DNA of 64,000 nt, taken from Clostridia bacterium. Its GTDB lineage: Bacteria > Bacillota > Clostridia > JAAYHZ01. Every line of letters begins with the position of its first letter. Positions within the stretch are counted from its first letter, which is position 1. A model generated the notes under the pieces. That model had not been told where the DNA came from, ran no database searches, and saw nothing but the letters and a program-made list of their open reading frames with translations. Both the position numbers and the translations under genes were made by a program. Location: NCBI GenBank assembly GCA_050950825.1, contig JBMNIH010000008.1:96001-160000 (forward strand), in the 5' to 3' direction. Positions 32,559-42,500 of the stretch are shown in pieces.

Positions 32559-33839
32559 TCAAAACAACGTTTTCAACTGCTTCTCAACCGTTTCCGGATT
32601 GAAATCTTTTTTATCGATCACAAGAGAGGGCTGCAAATGATAAATGTCGAAATCTTTCTTGATCCGATCAAAGCCTCCACCGGTAATATTCAACATTATC
32701 ACATCATTCTTGCCGCACTTTTTATTTCTCACATAAGACATTAAAGAAGCCAACGCGATTCCGCCTTCGGGGCAAATGAGAGCGCCTTCGGTTTTTAGGA
32801 ACAATTCCACGGCTTCCTTTGCTTCCTCGTTGGTAAAGGCATCCACTTCGCCTTCCGTATCCGTTAATATGTCGTAAAGCCCGCCCTTGACGGAATACGG
32901 CGGATTACGGTTGCTTAAAACGGTGGCCGCGATGTATTCCAATTTTTTATTCGCTTCTTCCGAGGTCATAGGCTCAACGGTTCTGCTTCTTTTCTTCCAT
33001 GCATCCGCGATGGGTTGGAACGGTGCGTTTTGCGACAAAACAAGCTTCATCTTCTTCGGATCGTATTGTTTGGATTCGATCAGCTGCAAATTGCTTTCAT
33101 AAGCCGCAATGGCTCCGGTTCCGCTTCCGATGGCTTGGAAATAAAGGTCCGGGATGGTTTCCGCAGCTTCCACGAAAGAAAACACGGTTGTTCCCATACC
33201 GGCGCGCCTTGCTACGTTCTTTGCACCGCCCTCATTGACAAAGCCCGGCAGCGAAGCGATGATTCCCGAAAGGGTTATGGCGTCCAAATAATCGGAATCC
33301 CCTCCTGCGGCAACAATGCGAATGCAAGGGTCAATAGGCTTTACCGACCAGATGGCGTTCATGTTTTTATACGGCACAACCATTACCAAAGGTATTTTAT
33401 TCTCCGAACATACTTTTATGAATGCTCTTGCCGTGTTTCCGGCGGATGCAACCACCAGAACCTTGTCGCCGTTTTCCGGCAGTCTTGCGCATACCGTGTA
33501 GGCTTCCGTTTCCTTGAAGGTACCGGTTGTCATGTAGGCACCCTTTTCAGGCCAATATCCGTTGAAGGTGATATATAAAGATCGAAGATCCAAATATTCC
33601 GCCAAAGCTTTGCTTTTGTATGTAATCGGACTTGCCGATCCTTTTAGAATGCGGTTGATAGGAAGCCTTTCCGCATACCGATAAAGGCCGGGATATTGAT
33701 CGTTAATTTTGAATTTTTCGGACTTGTACAAAGGTCTTAAAAGAGCGGCACTTTTTGCATTGGGATTGGAAAGAATATAGCCGTCGTCTATGATCCTTTC
33801 GAGGGTATCTAAGCATACGAGATGGTCGTGATAAAGCAT
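32559..33839 (-). CDS. Cysteate synthase (threonine-synthase-like PLP enzyme)
   Basis: FNGYWPEKGA.M.TGTFKETEA, VASAGNTARAF, NEGGAKNVARRAGMGT, YFQAIGSGTG, VLSNRNPPY, LNITGGG, matching the Methanosarcinales-type cysteate synthase pattern as recalled. Confidence 0.8.
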   Translation of the reverse strand: MLYHDHLVCLDTLERIIDDGYILSNPNAKSAALLRPLYKSEKFKINDQYPGLYRYAERLPINRILKGSASPITYKSKALAEYLDLRSLYITFNGYWPEKGAYMTTGTFKETEAYTVCARLPENGDKVLVVASAGNTARAFIKVCSENKIPLVMVVPYKNMNAIWSVKPIDPCIRIVAAGGDSDYLDAITLSGIIASLPGFVNEGGAKNVARRAGMGTTVFSFVEAAETIPDLYFQAIGSGTGAIAAYESNLQLIESKQYDPKKMKLVLSQNAPFQPIADAWKKRSRTVEPMTSEEANKKLEYIAATVLSNRNPPYSVKGGLYDILTDTEGEVDAFTNEEAKEAVELFLKTEGALICPEGGIALASLMSYVRNKKCGKNDVIMLNITGGGFDRIKKDFDIYHLQPSLVIDKKDFNPETVEKQLKTLF

Positions 33840-33998
33840 TTTTTTGACTCCGTTCCTTTTTAATTTATACAATAACAAAAATAGAATCTTGCGTCAATGT
33901 TATGGAAAGCAGATAATTTATTTTAAGGTATTATTTACCTTTTTCATTGTAATTTCCGCTTTTCCATCCGAGCAAAAAAATCTTATTACCCATTATAC

Positions 33999-34038
33999 TT
34001 CATTTTGAACAAAATCAATATTAAATGTTCAAAATGAA
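33999..34038. promoter_or_regulatory. 13-bp perfect inverted repeat beside a TATAAT box, candidate operator
   Basis: TTCATTTTGAACA-14 nt-TGTTCAAAATGAA; minus-strand TATAAT at 33992-33997. Confidence 0.5.
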
Positions 34039-34089
34039 TTTCTTTTTTTATTTTATTCGATTGACATAAGAATTCCGGTAGCGATTAAA

Positions 34090-34128
34090 TAAAAACTCCC
34101 TGCCGTCGGTTCGTTGCGGCAAGGAGTT
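34090..34128 (-). terminator. Terminator after dgoD
   Basis: Minus strand AACTCCTTGCCG..CGGCAGGGAGTT followed by TTTATTT. Confidence 0.75.
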
Positions 34129-34154
34129 GAAAATTTTCGTTAAGATTCAAAGGC

Positions 34155-35303
34155 TTACCATTCCGCTACGGAGTTGTCTTGGTTTCTCCATATGGGATTT
34201 TTCCATGTATGACCGATTTTCGCCATTTCTTTGACCTTTTCTTCGTTGATATCGATTCCCAAACCGGGTTTCTTCGGCAAGGAGACGTATCCGTCCTTGT
34301 AGCCGAATTCTCCGGGGTCCGTTAAATAATCCAACAAATCGGAACCTTGGTTGTAATGGATGCCTAAGCTTTGTTCTTGTATAAACGCGTTAATGGACAT
34401 AAAATCCACCTGGAAACATGCCGCAAGAGCAATGGGACCTAAAGGACAATGAGGCGCTAAGGCCACATCGTAGGCTTCCGCCATGGCCGCAATTTTCCTT
34501 ACTTCCGATATGCCTCCGGCATGACTTAAATCCGGTTGAATGATGTCCACATACCCGTCCTGAAGCATTTTCTTAAAATCCCAACGGGTATAGTTCCGTT
34601 CTCCGGTTGCAATGGGAGTTACCGTATGGTTTCGGAGGTCTTTGAAGGCTTCGTAGTTTTCAATCAGAACCGGCTCCTCAATGAACATTAAATGAAAAGG
34701 TTCCAGCTCCTTCATTAATATTCGAGCCATGGCCTTATGGATTCTACCGTGAAAATCGACGGCAATATCCAACTTATATCCCATCTTTTCGCGGATGGCC
34801 GCCACTCTTTTTACGCAGCCTTCCACTTTTTCAAAAGAATCGATCCATTCGGTATTGTCGGTTCCATTCATCTTTACGGCGTTGTAGCCTTCTTTGTAAG
34901 CTTTTTGCGCTTCTTCCGCCACGTTATCCGGCCGGTCTCCCCCGATCCAACGGTAAACCCGCATTTTGTCCCGGACCTTGCCGCCTAGCATCTCGTAAAT
35001 CGGCATGTTATAATACTTTCCCTTGATATCCCACAAGGCTTGGTCGATACCGGACAAGGCGCTGGTCAGCACCGGACCGCCACGGTAAAATCCTCCTCGG
35101 TATAGCACCTGCCAAATGTCCTCGATGTCGCCGGCGGATCTTCCGATCACGTATTCTTTTAATTCATGAATACAGGCTTCCACCGTGTCGGCACGTCCTT
35201 CCACCACAGGCTCTCCCCAGCCTATGTAGCCGGATTGAGTCTCGATTTTCAAGAACAACCATCGAGGCGGAACCTTGTATGTCGTCATGCTCATAATTTT
35301 CAC
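34155..35303 (-). CDS. dgoD: Galactonate dehydratase (enolase superfamily)
   Basis: VPPRWLFLKIET, GWGEPVVEGRA, YRGGPV, DFHGR, FIEEP, APHCPLGP, QEQSLGIHYN. Confidence 0.92.
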   Translation of the reverse strand: MKIMSMTTYKVPPRWLFLKIETQSGYIGWGEPVVEGRADTVEACIHELKEYVIGRSAGDIEDIWQVLYRGGFYRGGPVLTSALSGIDQALWDIKGKYYNMPIYEMLGGKVRDKMRVYRWIGGDRPDNVAEEAQKAYKEGYNAVKMNGTDNTEWIDSFEKVEGCVKRVAAIREKMGYKLDIAVDFHGRIHKAMARILMKELEPFHLMFIEEPVLIENYEAFKDLRNHTVTPIATGERNYTRWDFKKMLQDGYVDIIQPDLSHAGGISEVRKIAAMAEAYDVALAPHCPLGPIALAACFQVDFMSINAFIQEQSLGIHYNQGSDLLDYLTDPGEFGYKDGYVSLPKKPGLGIDINEEKVKEMAKIGHTWKNPIWRNQDNSVAEW

Positions 35304-35332
35304 TTTTTAACACCTCCTCATTCCCTTCTCCA

Positions 35333-35989
35333 TTATAGCCCACGATATTGATTTACGATCTCTACATAAGCTTTTGCCCTTTCACGAAGGACATCCCATT
35401 TTCCGTCGTTGATCACCGAGGAGCCTGCCAAAGAGCTTCCGATGCCCACGCCTTGGACGCCGGCATCCAAAAAGTCCTTCATATTTTTCACGTCCACACC
35501 GCCTACCGCAATCAAAGGAATATAGCCTAAGGGTCCCTGCAAATCCTTTATATATCTCGGACCTAAGGTCCCCGCCGGAAACAGCTTGACCATATGAGCG
35601 CCGCATCGATACGCAAACGCGATTTCCGTAGGGGTCATTGCTCCCGGAATCGACACCAATCCTTGTTTAACCGTTTGCCGGATAACGGCTTCGTCCGTAT
35701 TCGGAGAAATGATGTAAGCGGCGCCGGCACCCTTCGCCCGATTCACCTGCTCCTCCGTCATCACCGTTCCCGCTCCTAAGTATATGCGATCTTCGAATGT
35801 TTTTTTCAATAAGCCGATTTGCCGAAGACTTTCCTTGATCCCTTCCTCGGAAGACTGGTCCAAAGTTACTTCGAACAAACGGATTCCCTCCTGCAGCATA
35901 ATCTCCGTTGCTTGCAAGATTTGCTCGGTCCGTACTTTTCGGATTATGCATACGACTTTGTATTCTTTAATGGCATCAAGAACCTTCAT
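35333..35989 (-). CDS. KDPG/KDPGal aldolase (Eda/DgoA family)
   Basis: FEVT, GAGTV, ISPN, PGAMTPTEI, VKLFPA, VGGV. Confidence 0.92.
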   Translation of the reverse strand: MKVLDAIKEYKVVCIIRKVRTEQILQATEIMLQEGIRLFEVTLDQSSEEGIKESLRQIGLLKKTFEDRIYLGAGTVMTEEQVNRAKGAGAAYIISPNTDEAVIRQTVKQGLVSIPGAMTPTEIAFAYRCGAHMVKLFPAGTLGPRYIKDLQGPLGYIPLIAVGGVDVKNMKDFLDAGVQGVGIGSSLAGSSVINDGKWDVLRERAKAYVEIVNQYRGL

Positions 35990-35994
35990 AAGAC

Positions 35995-36312
35995 TTACTC
36001 TCCTCGATACAAATACTTTTTTAAATCCACCTTGTCTCCCATAACTTCCACGTTTTCTTCCGTAAGGAGCTTCTTTTGAACCTCAAGGCCTCCGAAGGCA
36101 AAGGCACCCGTCAGCTTTCCGGAGGAAGATACCACACGATGGCATGGAATTTCCCGAGGGAACGGATTGTTATGCAATATATTGCCTACGGCGCGGGAAG
36201 CCTCGGGGCTTCCCGCTAAAATGGCGATTCTTTTGTAAGTAGATACATACCCTTTCGGAATTCTTTTTACCGCTTCATAAACCCTTCGGCTGAATTCAGG
36301 AATTCCTGCCAT
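35995..36312 (-). CDS. MGMT-family single-domain alkyltransferase
   Basis: IPKGYVSTY, SRAVG, IPCHRVV active-site motif. Confidence 0.9.
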   Translation of the reverse strand: MAGIPEFSRRVYEAVKRIPKGYVSTYKRIAILAGSPEASRAVGNILHNNPFPREIPCHRVVSSSGKLTGAFAFGGLEVQKKLLTEENVEVMGDKVDLKKYLYRGE

Positions 36313-37397
36313 TATACTCGCTCCAATATACGATTGACTTTTTGTTCGAAGGCGGACAATTGATCCGCTCCATCCAAAATACCGATTTCCACCCTCATTT
36401 CTTTCGTTTCACCGGGCTTTAGATAAGGCAGGATGCCTTCTTTTTTCAATTGGACACGGTTCGCCACCTTGGTATTCACCGGTTCGATGGCCAAAACGTA
36501 TTCTTTATTCGCCGCCGATTTCCATTGGGAGATAAAAGGCAGTGCGTCTACATTGGCGGATATATAAAGACCTAAACCCTGTCCTAAGGAAGGATTCAAA
36601 ACTCCTGCATAGCATCGGCCGTCCTCGTCTGCCGCCATGGTATGAAGAAAATTCTCTTCCGGGAAAAATTCCTGCGGAGGGTCGAATATTCGATGCTTGT
36701 CCATGTTCTTTACGGATTGCTCGTCGTATCCCCACACGCTTTTGGAGGACAAAACCAAGCGAGCGTTTTCGTCTAAAAGAGGAAAGCCTGCGTTAATGTG
36801 ATACAAAATCAAAAACGGAGTTTCCTTCATACCGGCATTTTCCACTCGGTCGGTTATAACCAGCTTTCGTTCGCCGGCAACGCTCTTTATGTTCCTTCTT
36901 AATATCAATTTGGATCCGAAAAAGACGGACTCCTGCATCACGCCTTCGAACTCCAGAATATAGTCGTCATTTTCCCAGCGGGACAAATCGTTAAAATTCT
37001 CCGCCGGAACGTAAGCGATGTCGCCGTGAAGGCCGTAGGATTCACCTTCATCCGTGCAAGGAGCACCTAAATTCTGCAGTCCGCAAGTGGTAACCAGTCC
37101 TGCAAAAAAACCTTTCATCCAATCGTTTCCGATACCGGTGTAGTAGGAAGGATGCACTTCTCCGGTTTCGCCTTGGTATACCAAATTGATGCCTTTGTAG
37201 GAGCACAACGATATATCCATGCAGCGGTCCGGCAAGACGGTGTAATGAAAACCGTTTCCGGCATTTACGTCCACGCCTCGTACTCCCTCGGCTTTGCCTT
37301 CGCTTAGCCGATATTTTCGACTTCCCGCTACCTGCCGGAAACGGCCGACATAATTTTCAATTTGCTCTCTTGTATATTTCTTTCCAAATATATCCAC
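36312..37397 (-). CDS. Aldose 1-epimerase-like protein (DUF4432)
   Basis: PDRCMDI, GLVTTCGL..G.P, GLHG, LYHINAGFPLL, AIEP. Confidence 0.8.
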   Translation of the reverse strand: MDIFGKKYTREQIENYVGRFRQVAGSRKYRLSEGKAEGVRGVDVNAGNGFHYTVLPDRCMDISLCSYKGINLVYQGETGEVHPSYYTGIGNDWMKGFFAGLVTTCGLQNLGAPCTDEGESYGLHGDIAYVPAENFNDLSRWENDDYILEFEGVMQESVFFGSKLILRRNIKSVAGERKLVITDRVENAGMKETPFLILYHINAGFPLLDENARLVLSSKSVWGYDEQSVKNMDKHRIFDPPQEFFPEENFLHTMAADEDGRCYAGVLNPSLGQGLGLYISANVDALPFISQWKSAANKEYVLAIEPVNTKVANRVQLKKEGILPYLKPGETKEMRVEIGILDGADQLSAFEQKVNRILERV

Positions 37398-37441
37398 GAT
37401 ATTTAAAGAACTCCTTTCCCTTGTATTTTCCCTACAAGCTC

Positions 37442-39400
37442 TTAGCGGAATAATACCCCTACAAACCTTGTAAAGTCGTATACGTCGAATACCGGCTGTA
37501 AAAAGTCTTCATGGGCAAACGCATATCGATACGTCATCTGCCAGTATTCACGGGCGATTTTCATATCCTTTTCCGCTCTTGCCTTCAATGCTTTTGAAAG
37601 CAGCGTGATCAATTCTCCATGGTATAAAAGGTATTTCCAAGACAAGGCAATGGCTGGATTTTCATGACCGGTGTTTCTTTCCACGGTCTTTCTGAATTCT
37701 TGAACCAGACCCGGAACCTTATCCAATTTAATCGCCGCTTCTTGGTGGGCGGATTCGTCCTTTTCTCTTCGCATATAGACGGGATCAAACAAGCAAGATA
37801 CTTCGGCCATGTAATCCAAGCATTCTTTCCAGTCCTCTCCGTATGCGCCTTTAAAGTATTCTTCCGCCAACAGGTCAAAGCTTAAGGATTTATCCCACAA
37901 AGTTTTTCCGTACAAATACATGGGAAATCCGGTGGGGAAATACGCTCTTTGTGTTTGGTCTTCAATAATGCCGTTTAAGCCCAACGCTTCAAGGTTCTTA
38001 ATGTCATTGCTCAAGATCTTAGCCATGTCATAGTAGCCCGGATCGTTGTAGCAGTCTCTCCAGAAATGATACTCGAAGCACAAGCCGTCCCCGTCGAAAT
38101 ACCGGTACCATTGCTTTAAATAACCGATGTTTTCCTTCACGCTTTTCGGATGCGGCAGCTTGTTTCGAACATAAGGAACCAATTCCGCTCCTTCCGTATC
38201 CGGATCATAGGCTTGGCTATAGGTACGGGATATGGGAGCGAATAAAAGGAAGAATCGATCGGTATTCTTAATGGTTTCCTTCGCCGGAGGCCATATGGTA
38301 TCCACGTATGAAATGAATACGATCTTGGTTTTTAATCCGGCTTGGTTCAAGCAATCGTCCAACCGATTGCATATCATCACCATAAAGTCCGAGGGGGTGG
38401 TGTCTGCACATAAAGGACATTCGCATTGGGAGTTCCAGCTGTCCGCAAGCCACAAATGGAGAAAATCCACTTCCGGATGGGCTTTGCAGTAGGCTAACAT
38501 ATCTTGAACGATTTTTTCTCTCACTTCGGGATTGCCGTAGCACAAGTTGCTGTTCATAGGCGAATTATGAACGACCGCCCTCTTGCCGTCGATCATGGCC
38601 AGCCACTTGTCCATTTTCTTTTGCACTTTTTCGGGAATTTCAGGAAAATACAGATTCCAAGGCGATACCAAATCGGTAGGAAGCCCTAACGCCTTCGCCG
38701 TCCACCCGTGTCCCATGTCGTGGTAATTCATACCTCTTTTCTTGATTTCCACCGCCACGGCGGTTTTGTATGCACGACATTCTCTCAAGGTTCGAGCCTC
38801 AGGTTTTTTAAAGGGGTTTCCGTAATGGGAGTACCACTTATTAAAGTATTCGTAGGGGTTTTCCCATTCCAGCATGTACGTGTTCAAGCCTACCTTCGGC
38901 GCCCATTCCACACTGTCCAGCATGTTTTCCAAGCTTACGGATCCTTCGATACACATGCCGCGATGGCGGTAAGAGGCTTTTTCCTGAAGAGTGACGGCAA
39001 GGTTGCTTACATCCCTGTTCGGGATCGTTTCACCGTCTTTCCCGGGTCTCAACCAGCGGCAGCCTAGACATTCAAGGAAGCGGTAAACGCCGATCAACAC
39101 GCTTCTTGCGTTGGAGCCTGCAATATAGCCTTTGGAGTTTTCCACCTTAATATCGATTGCATCGTCAAGCTCCGGATCCTTTAAAAAATCATCCGAAATT
39201 CCGAAATCCTTAAAAAGCCCTAAGGATATGCCGTCCTTTTCGTTCTTGTCATTGACAATGGACCCGATCTCTTCATCGTTTGCCATGATGCCAAGATACT
39301 TTGAAAGCTCCGCTGCGGCATACTCGACGGTTTGGCAGGAATTCAAAACCACAATCTTCACCTTATTATTCACCATCATCACCTTGTCCTTCTTTTCCAT
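37442..39400 (-). CDS. DUF4838-type putative glycoside hydrolase (GH20/GH67-like N-terminus)
   Basis: YAAAELSKYL, IAGSNARSVLIGVYRFLE.LGCRW, GHGW, LCYGNPEV, WLAD..CECP.C; real start may be 39379. Confidence 0.7.
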   Translation of the reverse strand: MEKKDKVMMVNNKVKIVVLNSCQTVEYAAAELSKYLGIMANDEEIGSIVNDKNEKDGISLGLFKDFGISDDFLKDPELDDAIDIKVENSKGYIAGSNARSVLIGVYRFLECLGCRWLRPGKDGETIPNRDVSNLAVTLQEKASYRHRGMCIEGSVSLENMLDSVEWAPKVGLNTYMLEWENPYEYFNKWYSHYGNPFKKPEARTLRECRAYKTAVAVEIKKRGMNYHDMGHGWTAKALGLPTDLVSPWNLYFPEIPEKVQKKMDKWLAMIDGKRAVVHNSPMNSNLCYGNPEVREKIVQDMLAYCKAHPEVDFLHLWLADSWNSQCECPLCADTTPSDFMVMICNRLDDCLNQAGLKTKIVFISYVDTIWPPAKETIKNTDRFFLLFAPISRTYSQAYDPDTEGAELVPYVRNKLPHPKSVKENIGYLKQWYRYFDGDGLCFEYHFWRDCYNDPGYYDMAKILSNDIKNLEALGLNGIIEDQTQRAYFPTGFPMYLYGKTLWDKSLSFDLLAEEYFKGAYGEDWKECLDYMAEVSCLFDPVYMRREKDESAHQEAAIKLDKVPGLVQEFRKTVERNTGHENPAIALSWKYLLYHGELITLLSKALKARAEKDMKIAREYWQMTYRYAFAHEDFLQPVFDVYDFTRFVGVLFR

Positions 39401-39530
39401 GTTTTTTATACATCATAACATATTCCCGTCTTGTTCGTTTCATTTTTTCGACAAAAAAAGCGCAACGAAAAACGCCGAAGCGTATAAACATCTCCGGCGT
39501 TCCCGTATTTATTAATAATACAAGGAGTTG

Positions 39531-42500
39531 TTAGGGCTGTATATAGATTATTTGATCGAAGGCTTCCGCCGTACTGTCGATAACGTTAACCCCTTGAACC
39601 TTAGCGCCTTCCGCTTTGTATTGACCGGGAGACGCAATTCTTGCGTAGTAAGTAAAGGTATAGGTTTCTTGGTCTTTGTACGGGAATACATAGAAGGATA
39701 CCTTTTGTCCGTCTATTTCCTTGTACCAATGTATGATCCTATAGCCGCCCGCATCGTAATAGGGACGGATCGGCGTTTCAATGGCCTTTAATCCTGCAGG
39801 CAGGTAATCGGTGAGCTTGTAGTAATTGTCCATGGCGTCTTTGGTGATGGTCACTTCCAAGGTGACTTCCACTATATCTCCCGAACGGAACATCGTGCCC
39901 GCTTGCCCTTTGATGCTCTTGTAGCTTCTTTTTACCGTTATACCGGGATCGGATTTTACATGATCCGTCTGCGCCGTTTCGTAAACAACCGTTAATCCCA
40001 ATTCGCCTTCAATGGCCGTGACTTTGAAATCCTTTGCCTTCGATGCCGGAACGGTTAAGGTGTACATACCGCCGGGTCCGATTTCACGAACGGTTTCTTC
40101 TCCTAACCAAGTATACGTCAGGCTCGGATTTCCTCCGGGTACGCGGCTTATGATCTCCTTGACATAGCTTATCTTCTGCAGGTTGATCAGGCTTTCTTCG
40201 GTAGGATGCATTCTCACGTAATTCATGAGCTTTTCCGCTTCTTCCAGGTTCATGCGGGCCGCCGCTACCGCCGCCAATACCGTGGTACGGGTCACGTCAT
40301 CCCCGGTCTTCATATAGGCGTCTTTCTTTATCTTCGCATAGGAATCGTACATATCCAAGGCGGGTGTCACGTAGTCGTTGTAAATCTTTTGCGCTACCGG
40401 TTTTTCACCTAACGACAGGTAGGACAGTGCCAAATACAACGCTTCTTCCGTAGACAAGGAATCCTTCACCGCCAGCTTTTCAAGCTCAAGCATTACCGGC
40501 TCTCTCAAAGAAGCCAATCCGTACAAAGCCGCCGCTCTCGAAGCGTGAGCCGTTTCTTTTTCCAGGTTTCCGTAGAGGAATTCCTTCAGCCTAAACAAAT
40601 CCGTCTCGTCCTTCACGTATGCCGCAGCCCACGCGGTAACAAAGACGTCGGAGGATCCGTAAGGCAGTATGCTCAAGCCGCCGTCGGACACTTGGTAATT
40701 TTTCGCTTCAAATACGTTATCGTCATGCTTTTCGATTTCAAAATATTCTTCCAGCAATTCTTGGGCGATACGGCTTCCCAGCTTCTGCTCAATCCGGTTT
40801 CCGTAGGACCGGCTTAAGGAATACAAATCCGGGAGCCAACGTCCTCGTGTTCTGTCGGTGAAAATGAGCGTCAGCATACGAGAATCGTAGTTGCCGAGAA
40901 CCGTGTAGGGAGTAAGCTCCGTATAATCGGCTTTTTGCATGGTTTTATACGTATCAAAGGTAGTGAACTTGTGGCTTATGCCGTCCCTTAATCCCGTTGA
41001 CGTAACGGCTTCAACGATCCATTCTCCTTTGCCTGCCTTCAATTCGGGCATTTGGATATTCGCTCGTTCAAAGGCACGCCCCGTAGCGGTAGCCACCGTT
41101 TCTCCGGTTAAATTGTCTTTTACTCGGTAGGTGATTTCGTCCCCGGGTTTTAATTCCGCTCCGTATCCGGTTACCCCTAAAACGGGTAGGTCACCCGTTA
41201 AGAAGGTTTCGCTTGCCGCAATGTTGATGAAAAACGGCAAGGTTACATCCAACTGCATGATTTCCGTACCGGCCTTCAAGTCCGAGGAAACGCCGGATAA
41301 GGTAATTCTCCATTGCGTGATATTGTCCGGCAGCTTAAAGCTTACAAAGCCTTTACCGTTTTCGTCCAAGCGCACGGTCTTGAATACGGCCGTATCTTTA
41401 AAATCTTCACGTATCGCCGTTTCTTGTTGGGCGGCAGGAGCTATCGACGCCTTATTCTCCGCCAATCCGAATGAAACGGATTCATCTCGGGTCCAAGCCG
41501 TACCGTCGGCCACATCCCTTCCGCTGTTGGCATGGGACCTAAATTCCCAAACCAAGCCGAAGGATACGTTTCGGTAAAGCTGCTCCAGGGTATTTACATA
41601 CCGATCGTTCAAAGCGAACAGCGCCTCGTCCACGATGGAGAGATTGACAATGGCTCCGGCCCCGTTTTCCGATGACAGTTTGACCGTAACGGTTTCACCG
41701 GGCTTGTAGGTCTTTTTATCCGTTTCCGCCGTCAAGGACAGTCGATTGTCCGAATAATCGTAGGGTATAATCAATTGATGCGATACGATGTGCACTCGGT
41801 TGTTGAACCATACGCCGTATACGTAAATGTTCGGAGCGTATTTGTCCTCCATGGTAAATTCGAAACGAGAATCGTCCTTCACATCCCATTCCAAATAGCC
41901 TCTTGCGGCCTTTACATACAGGAATCTACCGCCCTCCAAGGCTTTCTCGCCGTATTTGTACGTCAATCCCACGATTTCGCCCGATTTGTAGTTGTCCTGT
42001 TCCTTATCCTTTTCCAACCGATAGTATTGGTACTGCTCCGGATAATAGGCGTAAGCTCTTGCGGAACCGGATACATAAATGTTGTCGTACTTAATGGATC
42101 TTCCGGCCCGGTCCTTTGTTCTTATATTGACGGTGTAGTAGCCTTCGTCAACGTCAAGAGGCGTAAACTCCGTTTTGGCGATACCGTCTTTGTCGGTTTC
42201 CATCGTAAAGGTTGTCACCGTTTCGGTACGGAGCTTGTATTCGTAACGAGGATACGTCACCTTGTTGATGTAGTCGTAATATTTTCCTACCTCGATTCGG
42301 TCCCAGGTATTCCACAGGACGGTTCCTTCAATCTTATGACCTTTTAAAGGTGCGCCTATATAGTCGCCCTTTTCATCGGCATTGTATTTGTCCAAATCGA
42401 TCAGGTTGACTCGGACCTCCACCGTTCCTTTTGCCGGAGCGTCCTTATCTTCCTTTTCGATATAGGCGTTTGCTTGGACATGGATGTCATTGACAAACAC

